Assembly: GCF_963921235.1 (NCBI RefSeq)
Contig: NC_086108.1
Span: forward strand, 26,040,001 to 26,104,000
Reading direction: 5' to 3'
Origin: Mobula hypostoma
Taxonomy: Eukaryota
Length of the DNA stretch: 64,000 nucleotides
Shown here: in pieces, positions 49,714-60,849 of the stretch
Layout of the letters: every line of letters begins with the position of its first letter
How positions within the stretch are numbered: the first letter of the stretch is position 1
The notes under the pieces: model-generated
Told to the model about the DNA's origin: nothing
What the model saw: only the letters and a program-made list of their open reading frames with translations
Database searches by the model: none
Translations under genes and position numbers: made by a program

Positions 49714-50790
49714 CATAGTGTCATAGAGTCATAGAACACCACAGCAGAGAAACAGACCATTTGGTCCATCTAGTCCATACTAAACTGCTACACGAGGAAA
49801 TCTGCAGATGCTGGAATTTCAAGCAACACACATAAAAGTTGCTGGAGAACGCAGCAGGTCAGGCAGCATTTCTAGGAAGAGGTACAGTCGACGTTTCGTG
49901 CCAAGACCCTTCGTCAGGACTAACTAAAAGAAAATCTAGTAAGAGATTTGAAAGTTGGAGGGGGAGGGGGAGATCCAAAATGATAGGAGAAGACAGGAGG
50001 GGGAGGGATGGAGCCAAGAGCTGGACAGGTGATTGGCAAAAGGGATATGAGAGGATCATGGGACAGGAGGCCTGGGGAGAAAGAAAGGGGGAGGGGGAAG
50101 CCCAGAGGATGGGCAAGGGACAGGGACAGTGAGAGGGACAGAGGGAGAAAAAGGAGAGAGAGAATAAGAATGTGTGTATATATATATATAAATAAATAAA
50201 CAACCAAACAAACAAATTGATTTGTTATTCTGTTGGGTCCATTGAACCACACCTGGACCATAGCCCTCCTCACCCCTCCCATCTATGTACTTAACCAAGC
50301 TTATTTTAAATTTTGCAATCTGCTGGCAACTCATTCCATACTCATGCCAACATCTGAGTGAAGTAACCCGAAGAGTTCTGGCCTGAAACTTTGGCTGACC
50401 GTTTCCACAGATGCTGCCGACCTGCAGAGTTCCTCCAGCGTGTTGTGAGTGTTGCTTTGACCCCAGCATCTGCAGAGTATTTTGTGTCCCCCTTCGGGTT
50501 TCCCTTAAATATTTCACCTTTCACCCTTAATCTGTGTTCCACTCCCACGCAAGCTCAGTGGAAAAAGCCTGCTTGCATTTACCCTTTCTATACCTCATAA
50601 TCTTATATACCTCTATCGAATATCCCTTCAATCTTCCATGTTCGAGGGAAAAAAGTCCTAACCCATTCAACCATTCTTTGTAACTCTGGTCCTCAAGTCC
50701 TGGCAACATCCTTGTAAATTTTGTCTGTACTCTTCCAGTCTTACTCATATATTTCCCTTAGGTTGGTGACCATAACTTCACACAAAGATG
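49714..50790 (-). mobile_element. CR1 3' end with two Penelope termini inserted (minus 49790-~50215, plus ~50365-50490)
   Basis: Minus ORF VQTKFTRMLPGLE..LGLFSLE; (TCTATGAC)-like tail; 49790-50180 matches 42375-42770. Confidence 0.85.
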
Positions 50791-51089
50791 AAGGAAATTG
50801 TGAGCATTGAATGTTTGTATGATTATGGATGGAGGTGAAACATTCTCATTACTCAGTAGAAATGAGGCAGTGAGATTTCACTTTTGCTTTTTTCATTCAG
50901 GGTTGTGACTTAATCCTTTATCTTGGCTTCCCAACACTAATGGATAAACTAATTGGCTGTATCTTCTAATATTTGTTTCAGGGGAAAGTTTATATCGACA
51001 TAGATCTGACTATCTGCAGTTCAGAGCAAAAGCTTCCTGACGTAAATCGTATGGCGAGAGATACAGGCTATATTCTTTGAATCAAGATC

Positions 51090-51360
51090 CTATGGTTCAG
51101 TGCTGATCACAGGAGTTTGCATACACTTCCTGTGACCATGTGCATTTCTCCCAAGTCCCATATTTCTGTCCTACGTCTCAAAGTTGTGTGAGTGGCAGGT
51201 TAATGGGTCATTGAAAGTTGTGTGAGTGGTAGAATCTGGAAGAAATTGTTGAGAATGTGGGAACAATAAACAAATGGATATTATATTGTATCAATGTAGA
51301 TTCAGTGAGTCTAACAGCCAGTTCCATTCTATACAGCACTATGACTCCATGTCTATGACC
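51090..51360 (+). mobile_element. Decayed HE1-like SINE
   Basis: ggagtttgcatacacttcctgtgaccatgtgcatttctcc..ggttaatgggtcattg. Confidence 0.6.
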
Positions 51361-51449
51361 CTGTGACCAAGCCTAAGAACAAGTACACGATACTAGATGC
51401 ACATCAACACTAAAAGACAACATGATGTGTCTGAGACGCCACTATGGAT

Positions 51450-53218
51450 GGATACCATTCCAGTCCATCAGAAAATTGTCTCCTGCACCATCACTAATCT
51501 CATCAACGCTGAAGAACTCCCATCCACTGCCATCGAACTCATAGTTCCCTTACCTCACATAGCTTAGATTGACCTCCTACCCAAAAACCTGACTCTGCAG
51601 ATAGGCCCATTGTCTCTGCCAGCTGCTGCCCCACTGAAGTTGTGTCCACATAATCTGGCTCCATTCTATCCCCATTAGATGAGTCCTTTCCCACTTACAT
51701 CCATGACAGTTCCACATGCTCTCGATCTCCTTAACAACTTTCAATTCCCTGTCCCTGACTGCATCATTTTCACCATGGATGTCCGGTCCCTATACACTTC
51801 TAACTCCCATCAAGAAGACTAAATCTCTCCGCTTCTTTCTTAAAAAAAACTAACCACCACCCTCCTCCATCTTGTAGAACTGGTTCTCATTCTCAATAGC
51901 TTCTATGTCAACTCCTCTCATTTTCTCCATACACAGGGGATATCCATGGGCACCTGCATGGGAACCCAGCTATGCCAGTCTTCTTGTTGACTATATAAAA
52001 CAGTCCATGCTCCAAGCCTTCTCTGATAATATTCCCCAACTCTTCCTGCACTACATTGATAACTTTGCTTCATCAAATTCATCAACTTTGCCTCCAGCTT
52101 CCGCCTTGCCCTAAAATTCACTTGGTCCATTCCTGACACCTTCCTCCCTTTCCTTGATCTCTCCATCTCCATCTCTGTAGACAAACTGTCTACTTATATC
52201 TGCCTACCAATTTCATGTTGCCCTCACCCACATCTCCTTCATTTCCTGTCATCCGTGCTTACTCCATCTTCCTGTCTCCTGAACAAGGATAGAGTTTCCC
52301 TTTTCCTCACCTAACACCCCATGAGCCTCCTCATCCAACACGGCTCTCCACAACTGTTGCCATTTTCAACAGGATCCTACCACCAAGCACATCTTTACCT
52401 CCCTCAACTCTCTACTTTCCAAGGATTGCTCCCTCTGTGATTCCCTTGTCTATTTGTCCCTCTCCCACCTGCCAGATATCCCTGCAAATGACAGAAATGC
52501 TACACTTGCTCATTTATCTCCTCCCTTATCTCCATTCGGGGTCCCATACAGTTCTTCCTGATGAGGCAACACTTCACCATAAGTGTGGTCACTTATTGTA
52601 CCCAGTGCTCTCTATGAGGCCTCTTATACGTAGGAGAGACCTGTCGTAAATTGGGGAACTGCTTTGTTGACACCTCTGCTCGATCCACCAAAAATGGAAT
52701 TTCCTGTTGGCCAACTATTTTAATTCCTATCCCCATTCCCATTCCTACAGGTTAGTCCTTGGCTTCCTCTTTTGCAACAATGAGGCCACTCTCAGGGTGG
52801 AGAAGTAACACCTCATATTCTGTCTAGGTAGCCTCCAACCTGATGGTATGAACATAGATTTCTCCTTTCAGTATTTGTATTTCCCTCCTTCTTCTCCCTT
52901 CTTTTATTCCTCACTCTGACCTCTCACCTTTTCTCTCTACCTGCCTATCACCTTCCCCTACTACCCCATCCCCTTTCCTTCTTTCTTCCCTTTCTCCTAT
53001 GGTCCACTCTCCTCTCCTATCAGATTCCTTCCTCGCCAGCCCTTTTACATTTCCTACGCACCTGTCTTCACCTGTCACCCTCCTGCTATTCTCCTTCCTT
53101 GCCCACCACCTTTTTATTCTGGTGCCTTCTCCCTTCCTTGGTAGTCCTGAGGAATGGTCTTGGCCCATAGGTGATACCTGATCTGTTGAGTGCTTCCAGC
53201 ATTTTGTGTGTGTTGCCT
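51450..53218 (+). mobile_element. Degraded Penelope-like element (RT, GIY-YIG and terminus)
   Basis: LLPK..RPIVSASCCPTE, FTMDVRSLYT, MGTCMGPSYA, FLHYID, YVGET; 52280-52870 is colinear with the reverse complement of 42800-43430. Confidence 0.88.
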
Positions 53219-53221
53219 GTT

Positions 53222-53417
53222 TAAAGTTCAAAGTTCAAAGTTCAAAGTAAATTTGTTACCGAAGTCAAGGTCACCATATACAACTGTGAGATTCATTTCC
53301 TTGAGGGCATATGCATTAAATCCATAATAGAATAATAATCATAATAGAGTGCAAATGACATCAAACTATGCAAATATAAAATGAAAGAAATAATAAATAA
53401 ATAAATAAATAAATGAA

Positions 53418-53468
<51 letters not shown>

Positions 53469-53493
53469 ATGAATAAATAAATAAATAAATAAA

Positions 53494-53528
<35 letters not shown>

Positions 53529-53835
53529 TAAGTATTAAGAACATGAGATGAAGAGTCCTCGAAAGTGAGTCTATAGGTTGTGGGAACATGTCAATGATGG
53601 GGCAGTGAAGTTGAGTGAAGCTATCCCCATTGGTTCAATAGCCTGATGGTTGAGGCATAATAACTGCTCCTGAACCAGGTATTGTGAGCCCTGAGGCCCC
53701 TGTACCTTCTTCCTGATTTCAGCAATGAGAAGAAAGCATGTCCTGGGTGGTGGAGGGTCCCTGATGATGGATATTGCTTTCCTGTGACAAAGTTTCATGT
53801 AGGTGTTCTCAATGGCAGGGAGGGACGTATCCACT
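53222..53835 (-). mobile_element. Rex1/Babar 3' end
   Basis: SLPAIENTYMKLCHRKAISIIRDP; (GAACTTT)3 tail. Confidence 0.85.
53388..53530. repeat. Compound (AAAT)n(AAGC)n microsatellite
   Basis: Direct reading. Confidence 0.95.
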
Positions 53836-55618
53836 ACTTTTAAGTTTGGTGTGCAGCTTGTATCATCTAAAATGTAGTTCTTGGAATATGGAAGAGATTA
53901 TATCTTTACTTCCATGACAGCAAACAGAAGCAAAGGTACAAAGTACAAAGGTACAAAAGTAAACATCCTGTATACAGGACAGAAAGAGTGATGTGCAAGA
54001 AATTACGGGAAAATTTGGTGAGATATCAAGATCTGAAACTGTAAGTACAAATCTGACAAACATAACATCTTCTCAAAGCCTCAACTCTAATACAGTCCGT
54101 GCACTCAAGCACAATCAGGTACAACAGGGATTTAAAAAAAGACTAGCAATCATTCAAAAGATGCATTAGAAATCACTGTACCACCTACAGATTCATGTGC
54201 AGATGGACTGTTGCTTGGCAGAAAGGATAGAATTATCAAATAGAATAAAATTTTGATTCGGGATCAACTCCATGTGAAGCTAACCTGAAATTGATGGATA
54301 ATCCAAATTTATTTAGATCTGATCTTGTTTTAGTAAAGTCCTTGGTTATGATATGTCAGTGTTGCACCTCTCAGGTGTAGGCATCAGCTCCATCAAACAA
54401 TTCAGAGAATTATTTAGCAATTTTTGCAGGAAGGCAGCGGTTGATTTCACCAGTGTTATTCAGCTCATACATTTCCTAGTTTTCTTGGTTGCTAAGACTT
54501 TGAAAAGCTCTTACTGCACCTGCAGCATTTAGGAACAGCAGTGATAAAAGTTTACAGCATTCTCATAAAAGATTAAAAATCTTATTGCAGGCTGGAGGAT
54601 AGTTCCTTTCTAATGACTTCACTGCAGAAAGACGATTAGCTGCGATGAGATAGGTTTCATTTCCCATTGTTGACACCTGGAACCGTCACATTAACTTACG
54701 AATAATATGGAACACAGATTATTACAGGAATCTCTTTATCATTTCCTCTTGAGACAATGAGGCTTAAGTTTCAGAAAGCAGAACTGTTTCAGTTAATGTC
54801 TCCTCTTGTTGTTTTGAGGCAACTTTTTTTTGTTATTGATATTGATTACTGATCATTTCCAGTTATTGAATAAATTATGAGGAAATTAAATAAATGCAAA
54901 CAGGTCCTCCCCAAGTATGGCAAACTTCCACTGTCTGTTACCTGGACACTACGCAAGTTGGAAATGCCACCATTCACTGAGTTCCCAGGTGGGAGAAGAT
55001 GCACAGCAGCCAGCAAATCTATGCTGCTGATCTCCCAAATGCTCAGTTGTATGTATGGATTGTACATAGATTGGGCATTTGTAGCAAATGGTGGACCTGT
55101 GTATACAAATTCTGGGTGTTGTCCTCTTCATTGGTAGGAGTCTTCCCTTTTATTATAGATCTCCACATCAAATTTCCCTTTGAATGCTACTTAAAGCAAA
55201 TCAAGATGAAAGAGTTAATTTTCAAATATATGACAAAATTAAATTGTTAAAAAACAGTCCCCAGTAAAACTCTAATAATTTGGCACCTAATTGTTCAGAA
55301 ATCTTGCTGTAGCTACTTCACCGAATATTCCCAAGTATGAACCAGGTTTCCAGATGCACAGTCAGAGCCAGGGTGGAGGTCTATGAATGCAGAAGGGTTT
55401 GTGGCTGGAATCAGGGTTCAGAACCCTGTACATTTCTCACTCCCTTTAAAATCACCAGGTTCACTGGAAATTGAGGGTTTGGATATTAACAGGAGAAGTA
55501 GTTTTAAGGACACTGGATTATATCTAAACATTCCTGTATTTGGAAAGCAATAATGTTCTGTGAAATGATTTTGGAGTGGAAACTTTGATACCTCCATTTA
55601 GAACAACTCCCTTTCTAG

Positions 55619-55896
55619 GAGCTAGGAAGGGCGTTGAGAAAAAGGACCACAAAGGTAGTAATCTCGGGATTACTGCCTGTGCCACGTGACAGTGAGAGTA
55701 GGAATGCGATGAGGTGAAGGATAAATGCGTGGCTGAGGGATTGGAGCGGGGGCAGGGATTCAAGCTTTTGGATCATTGGGACCTCTTTTGGCACAGGCGT
55801 GACCTGTACAAAAAGGACGGGTTACACTTGAATCCCAGGGGGACCAATATCCTGGCAGGGAGATTAGCGGGGGCTACTGAGGTGACTTTAAACTAG
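55619..55896 (+). pseudogene. CR1 ORF1 C-terminus (SGNH esterase-like), with one stop and one frameshift
   Basis: VVISGLLPVPR..R*RINAWLRDW, then a frame change to GFKLLDHW..LYKKDGLHLNPRGTNILA..TLN*. Confidence 0.88.
55887..55893 (+). promoter_or_regulatory. Putative -1 frameshift slippery site T_TTA_AAC
   Basis: X_XXY_YYZ heptamer in the ORF1 frame, directly before the ORF1 TAG; the -1 frame is ORF2. Confidence 0.55.
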
Positions 55897-55901
55897 AATG
55901 G

Positions 55902-58900
55902 TTGCGGGGTTGGAATCAAATTAAAGAGGCTAGGCGTGAGGAGGTTAGTTCACAACAGAGGGATGGGAACCAGTGCAGAGAGACAGAGGGGTGTAAAGTG
56001 AGCGTAGAAGCAAAAAGTACAAAGGAGAAAAGTAAAAGTGGCAGGCCGACAAATCCAGGGCAAGCATTAAAAAGGGCCACTTTTCAACATAATTGTACAA
56101 GGGCTAAGAGAGTTGTAAAAGAGTGCCTGAAGGCTTTATGTGTCAATGCAAGGAGCATTCATAATAAGGTGGATGAATTGAAAGTGCAGATTGTTATTAA
56201 TGATTATGATATAGTCGGGATCACAGAGACAAGGCTCCAGGGTGACCAGGGATGGGAACTCAACGTTCAGGGATATTCAATATTCAGGAGGGATAGACAT
56301 GAAGGAAGGGGAGGTGGGGTGGCGTTGCTGGTTAAAGAAGAGATTGACGCAATAGAAAGGAAGGACATAAGCCGGGAAGATGTGGAATCGATATGGGTAG
56401 AGCTGCGTAACACTAAGGGGCAGAAGACGCTGGTGGGAGTTGTGTACAGGCCACCTAACAGTAGTAGTGAGGTCAGAGATGGTATTAAACAGGAAATTAG
56501 AAATGTGTGCAATAAAGGAACAGCAGTTATAATGGGTGACTTCAATCTACATGTAGACTGGGTGAACCAAATTGGTAAAGGTGCTGAGGAAGAGGATTTC
56601 TTGGAATGTATGCGGGATGGTTTTTTGAACCAACATGTCGAGGAACCGACTAGAGAGCAGGCTATTCTGGACTGGGTTTTGAGCAATGAGGAAGGGTTAA
56701 TTAGCGATCTTGTCATGAGAGGCCCCTTGGGTAACAGTGACCATAATATGGTGGAATTCTTCATTAATATGGAGAGTGACATAGTTAATTCAGAAACAAA
56801 GGTTCTGAACTTAAAGAGGGGTAACTTTGAAGGTATGAGACGTGAGTTATCTAAGATAGACTGGCAAATGACACTTAAAGAATTGACGGTGGATATGCAA
56901 TGGCAAGCATTTAAAGGTTGCATGGATGAACTACAACAATTGTTCACCCCAGTTTGGCAAAAGAATAAATCAAGGAAGGTAGTGCACCCGTGGCTGACAA
57001 GAGAAATTAGGGATAGTATCAATTCCAAAGAAGTAGCATACAAATTAGCCAGAGAAAGTGGCTCACCTGAGGACTGGGAGAAATTCAGAGTTCAGCAGAG
57101 GAGGACAAAGGGCTTAATTAGGAAGGGGGAAAAAGATTATGAGAGAAAACTGGCAGAGAACATAAAAACGGACTGTAAAAGCTTTTATAGATATGTAAAA
57201 AGGAAAAGACTGGTAAAGACAAATGTAGGTCCCCTGCAGACAGAAACAGGTGAATTGATTATGGGGAGCAAGGACATGGCAGACCAATTGAATAATTACT
57301 TTGGTTCTGTCTTCACTAAGGAGGACATAAATAATCTTCCAGAAATAGTAAGGGACAGAGGGTCCAGTGAGATGGAGGAACTGAGTGAAATACATGTTAG
57401 TAGGGAAGTGGTGTTAGGTAAATTGAAGGGATTGAAGGCAGATAAATCCCCAGGGCCAGATGGTCTGCATCCTAGAGTGCTTAAGGAAGTAGCCCAAGAA
57501 ATAGTGGATGCATTAGTGACAATTTTTCAAAACTCGTTAGATTCTGGACTAGTTCCTGAGGATTGGAGGGTGGCTAATGTAACCCCAATTTTTAAAAAAG
57601 GAGGGAGAGAGAAACCGGGGAATTATAGACCGGTTAGCCTAACGTCGGTGGTGGGGAAACTGCTGGAGTCAGTTATCAAGGATGTGATAACAGCACATTT
57701 GGAAAGCGGAGAAATGATCGGACAAAGTCAGCATGGATTTGTGAAAGGAAAATCATGTCTGACGAATCTCATAGAATTTTTTGAGGATGTAACTAGTAGA
57801 GTGGATAGGGGAGAACCAGTGGATGTGGTATATTTGGATTTTCAAAAGGCTTTTGACAAGGTTCCACACAGGAGATTAGTGTGCAAACTTAAAGCACACG
57901 GTATTGGGGGTAAGGTATTGGTGTGGGTGGAGAATTGGTTAGCAGACAGGAAGCAAAGAGTGGGAATAAACGGGACCTTTTCAGAATGGCAGGCGGTGAC
58001 TAGTGGGGTACCGCAAGGCTCAGTGCTGGGACCCCAGTTGTTTACAATATATATTAATGACTTGGATGAGGGAATTAAATGCAGCATCTCCAAGTTTGCG
58101 GATGACACGAAGCTGGGTGGCAGTGTTAGCAGTGAGGAGGATGCTAAGAGGATGCAGGGTGACTTGGATAGGTTGGGTGAGTGGGCAAACTCATGGCAGA
58201 TGCAATTTAATGTGGATAAATGTGAAGTTATCCATTTTGGTGGCAAAAATAGGAAAACAGATTATTATCTGAATGGTGGCCGATTAGGAAAATGGAAGGT
58301 GCAACGAGACCTGGGTGTCATTATACACCAGTCATTGAAAGTGGGCATGCAGGTACAGCAGGCGGTGAAAAAGGCGAATGGTATGCTGGCATTTATAGCG
58401 AGAGGATTCGAGTACAGGAGCAGAGAGGTACTTCTGCAGTTGTACAAGGCCTTGGTGAGACCACACCTTGAGTATTGTGTGCAGTTTTGGTCCCCTAATC
58501 TGAGGAAAGACATCTTTGCCATAGAGGGAGTACAAAGAAGGTTCACCAGATTGATTCCTGGGATGGCAGGACTTTCATATGAAGAAAGACTGGATGAACT
58601 GGGCTTGTACTCGTTGGAATTTAGAAGATTGAGGGGGGATCTGACTGAAACGTATAAAATCCTAAAGGGATTGGACAGGCTAGATGCAGGAAGATTGTTC
58701 CCGATGTTGGGGAAGTCCAGAACGAGGGGTCACAGTTTGAGGATAGAGGGGAAGCCTTTTAGGACCGAGATTAGGAAAAACTTCTTCACACAGAGAGTGG
58801 TGAATCTGTGGAATTCTCTGCCACAGGAAACAGTTGAGGCCAGTTCATTGGCTATGTTTAAGAGGGAGTTAGATATGGCCCTTGTGGCTACAGGGGTCAG

Positions 58901-58934
58901 GGGGTATGGAGGGAAGGCTGGGGCGGGGTTCTGA
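55902..58934 (+). CDS. CR1 ORF2: APE endonuclease and reverse transcriptase, 1010 aa, uninterrupted
   Basis: NARS, ITET, YRPP, GDFN, SDHN; PGPDG, NYRPVSL, QHGF, DFQKAFD, PQGS, FADD; frame opens at 55881 and the first AUG is at 56532. Confidence 0.97.
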   Translation: MRGWNQIKEARREEVSSQQRDGNQCRETEGCKVSVEAKSTKEKSKSGRPTNPGQALKRATFQHNCTRAKRVVKECLKALCVNARSIHNKVDELKVQIVINDYDIVGITETRLQGDQGWELNVQGYSIFRRDRHEGRGGGVALLVKEEIDAIERKDISREDVESIWVELRNTKGQKTLVGVVYRPPNSSSEVRDGIKQEIRNVCNKGTAVIMGDFNLHVDWVNQIGKGAEEEDFLECMRDGFLNQHVEEPTREQAILDWVLSNEEGLISDLVMRGPLGNSDHNMVEFFINMESDIVNSETKVLNLKRGNFEGMRRELSKIDWQMTLKELTVDMQWQAFKGCMDELQQLFTPVWQKNKSRKVVHPWLTREIRDSINSKEVAYKLARESGSPEDWEKFRVQQRRTKGLIRKGEKDYERKLAENIKTDCKSFYRYVKRKRLVKTNVGPLQTETGELIMGSKDMADQLNNYFGSVFTKEDINNLPEIVRDRGSSEMEELSEIHVSREVVLGKLKGLKADKSPGPDGLHPRVLKEVAQEIVDALVTIFQNSLDSGLVPEDWRVANVTPIFKKGGREKPGNYRPVSLTSVVGKLLESVIKDVITAHLESGEMIGQSQHGFVKGKSCLTNLIEFFEDVTSRVDRGEPVDVVYLDFQKAFDKVPHRRLVCKLKAHGIGGKVLVWVENWLADRKQRVGINGTFSEWQAVTSGVPQGSVLGPQLFTIYINDLDEGIKCSISKFADDTKLGGSVSSEEDAKRMQGDLDRLGEWANSWQMQFNVDKCEVIHFGGKNRKTDYYLNGGRLGKWKVQRDLGVIIHQSLKVGMQVQQAVKKANGMLAFIARGFEYRSREVLLQLYKALVRPHLEYCVQFWSPNLRKDIFAIEGVQRRFTRLIPGMAGLSYEERLDELGLYSLEFRRLRGDLTETYKILKGLDRLDAGRLFPMLGKSRTRGHSLRIEGKPFRTEIRKNFFTQRVVNLWNSLPQETVEASSLAMFKRELDMALVATGVRGYGGKAGAGF

Positions 58935-59624
58935 GTTGCATGATCAGCCATGATCATAATAAATGGCGGTGCAGGCTCGAAGGGCTGAATGGCCTACTCC
59001 TGCACCTATTTTCTATGTTTCTATGTTTCTGACAAATTCTATTTACTTCAAGGAGAAGCAGATTAATAATGGAAGTTTTGGAATGATTTTGCCTTTCACC
59101 AAAAAGACCAGCAACCAATGCCGATATTTAAATATTTGTGCAGATCAATTATATAAGGAAATGGAGAATATTAACACAGAAATCCAGCCATATCTAAAGA
59201 ATACAGAGGGGAGGCAGAAGACACTGGTGAACATATTGAACTTCTACTGAAACAATGATTGCATTTCTCCATACATACATATACACATACATGCTGAACT
59301 TTATGAGACAATGCAATGTTCAGGGAATAATCTTTAAAATCTTCGTCAGTGTTTACTTTTTAGCTATTCTTACATGTTAAATTTATATATCTGGTCATAT
59401 AATATTGCCTTTTCCAGGTCATTTCCAATTTCATTAACGCAAGTATCTATATTTTTGTCAATCCTGGACTTCCATAGAATCTGTTAAAAGGTCGCTCTAT
59501 TGATAACATCAAAAAGATGTGGTGACCAATCTGTTTTGACCTGTCTATATGTTTTACAGCCTAGCAGTTTAACATTGAAAAATACTGGCTCATAAGCAGC
59601 ACATCCATCTAAAACTTAAGGTTA

Positions 59625-59900
59625 TGGTTTAAGGTGGGAGGGAAGAGATTTAAATAGAATCTGAAAAATAAACTTATCACACAAAAGGGAATTGCTCTCT
59701 AGAATTGCAGAGAAGGTGGTGAAGGCAGAGACAGTAACAACATTTTAAAAGGCATCTAGACAGAAACTTGAACGAGCAGGGCATTAAGGGACATGGAATT
59801 AATACAGGCAAGTGAGATTGGTATAGATAGGATGATAGTCGGCATAAAGCAATGGGTTGAAGAGACTGTTTCTATGTTGTATAACTCTATGGCTCCATGA
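59625..59900 (+). mobile_element. Old CR1 3' end
   Basis: gagaaggtggtgaaggcag..tttaaaaggcatctagacag..gactgtttctatgttgtataactctatg. Confidence 0.7.
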
Positions 59901-60849
59901 CTTTGTGACATGAACTTGGGTCATATGAGACCAAAGCAGGTTGCGTTTAAAACACAAGTTCCCAGGAACTTTCAGCACCAATGAAGGCACATAAATCTAG
60001 CAGCATCCGGCAGACAGGGAAAGGGATTGCTGGAGATCAGAGGGTGTAGGGTGTTTAAATGGAAGGATGGTTGATTGTTAAGAGATATCATGGATAATGG
60101 TGAAGAGAAGCTGCCTGTGCTGGTGGTGGTGAGGATGTTAAGGAGTATGACTGGTTTGATAGATTGTTGCATCATTGATAAGTAATTTGATGGAGAGTGT
60201 CATCAATAGTTGGGCTATGATAATAAGGTTGATAAGCTGGTTGGGTTGTACTTGTGTCTATTCAAGAATAATGTGGAGAGTAGTGGATGTGTTTGTTATT
60301 GGGGTGGGGGGAGTCTGAGTCGTCTACTCTTGCTCTTTTCAACTTATTCTTCTGTTGTGAAACGCTGTTCACTAAACCTACAACAGACATTGCAGGATAA
60401 ATTCCAGTGAATAAACAATAAATTTAAATCTTTGAAATTCCTATGGTATTGCATTGGATATTTTTGCAAAATAACTCCATCAGACAGGCATTTTGCCATG
60501 CTGCCTCACATGAGACATGTTAGAAATGTCTTTTCAAACCTTACAAAATACAGATAATTGAAAACCACGGGACTACTAATTCAGCTGCTTGGTGAAAGTG
60601 ACAGGAGGAGTGGGAAGAACTGAGGAGACTGTGGTTTCCTGCCTGCAAAGCCCTAAATTTAAATGAATATGTTAAGCCCCATCTGATATAGATATCTACA
60701 GGTACCCTCACTATAGAGAGGTTATTCTCCATCCATCTGCTCAGCAAGGACTAACTCACTTCCCTGTCTAGACTCTGCAGCGAGGTTTAGCTGTCAATAC
60801 CCACCCCTTGAGTGGTGTGACAACCCTCTCTACCAAGGAGGAGGTATAG

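Larger units (their letters stand above)
55619..59030 (+). mobile_element. Young 5'-truncated CR1 LINE: ORF1 end, intact ORF2, 3'UTR, (TTCTATGT)n tail
   Basis: See the ORF features; 3'UTR gcaggctcgaagggctgaatggcctactcctgc. Confidence 0.97.

Noticed and set aside
54942..55096. Minus-strand open frame GPPFATNAQSMYNP...LRSVQ ending at CAG|gtaaca
   Set aside because: The acceptor lacks a pyrimidine tract and the peptide is unrecognised; too weak to call
56267..57043. 258-aa minus-strand ORF and other antisense ORFs over CR1, Rex and Gypsy
   Set aside because: Antisense shadows of TE coding sequence with no independent motifs
59940..60260. Possible ancient Penelope RT fragment (minus)
   Set aside because: Only compositional resemblance; could not be aligned confidently
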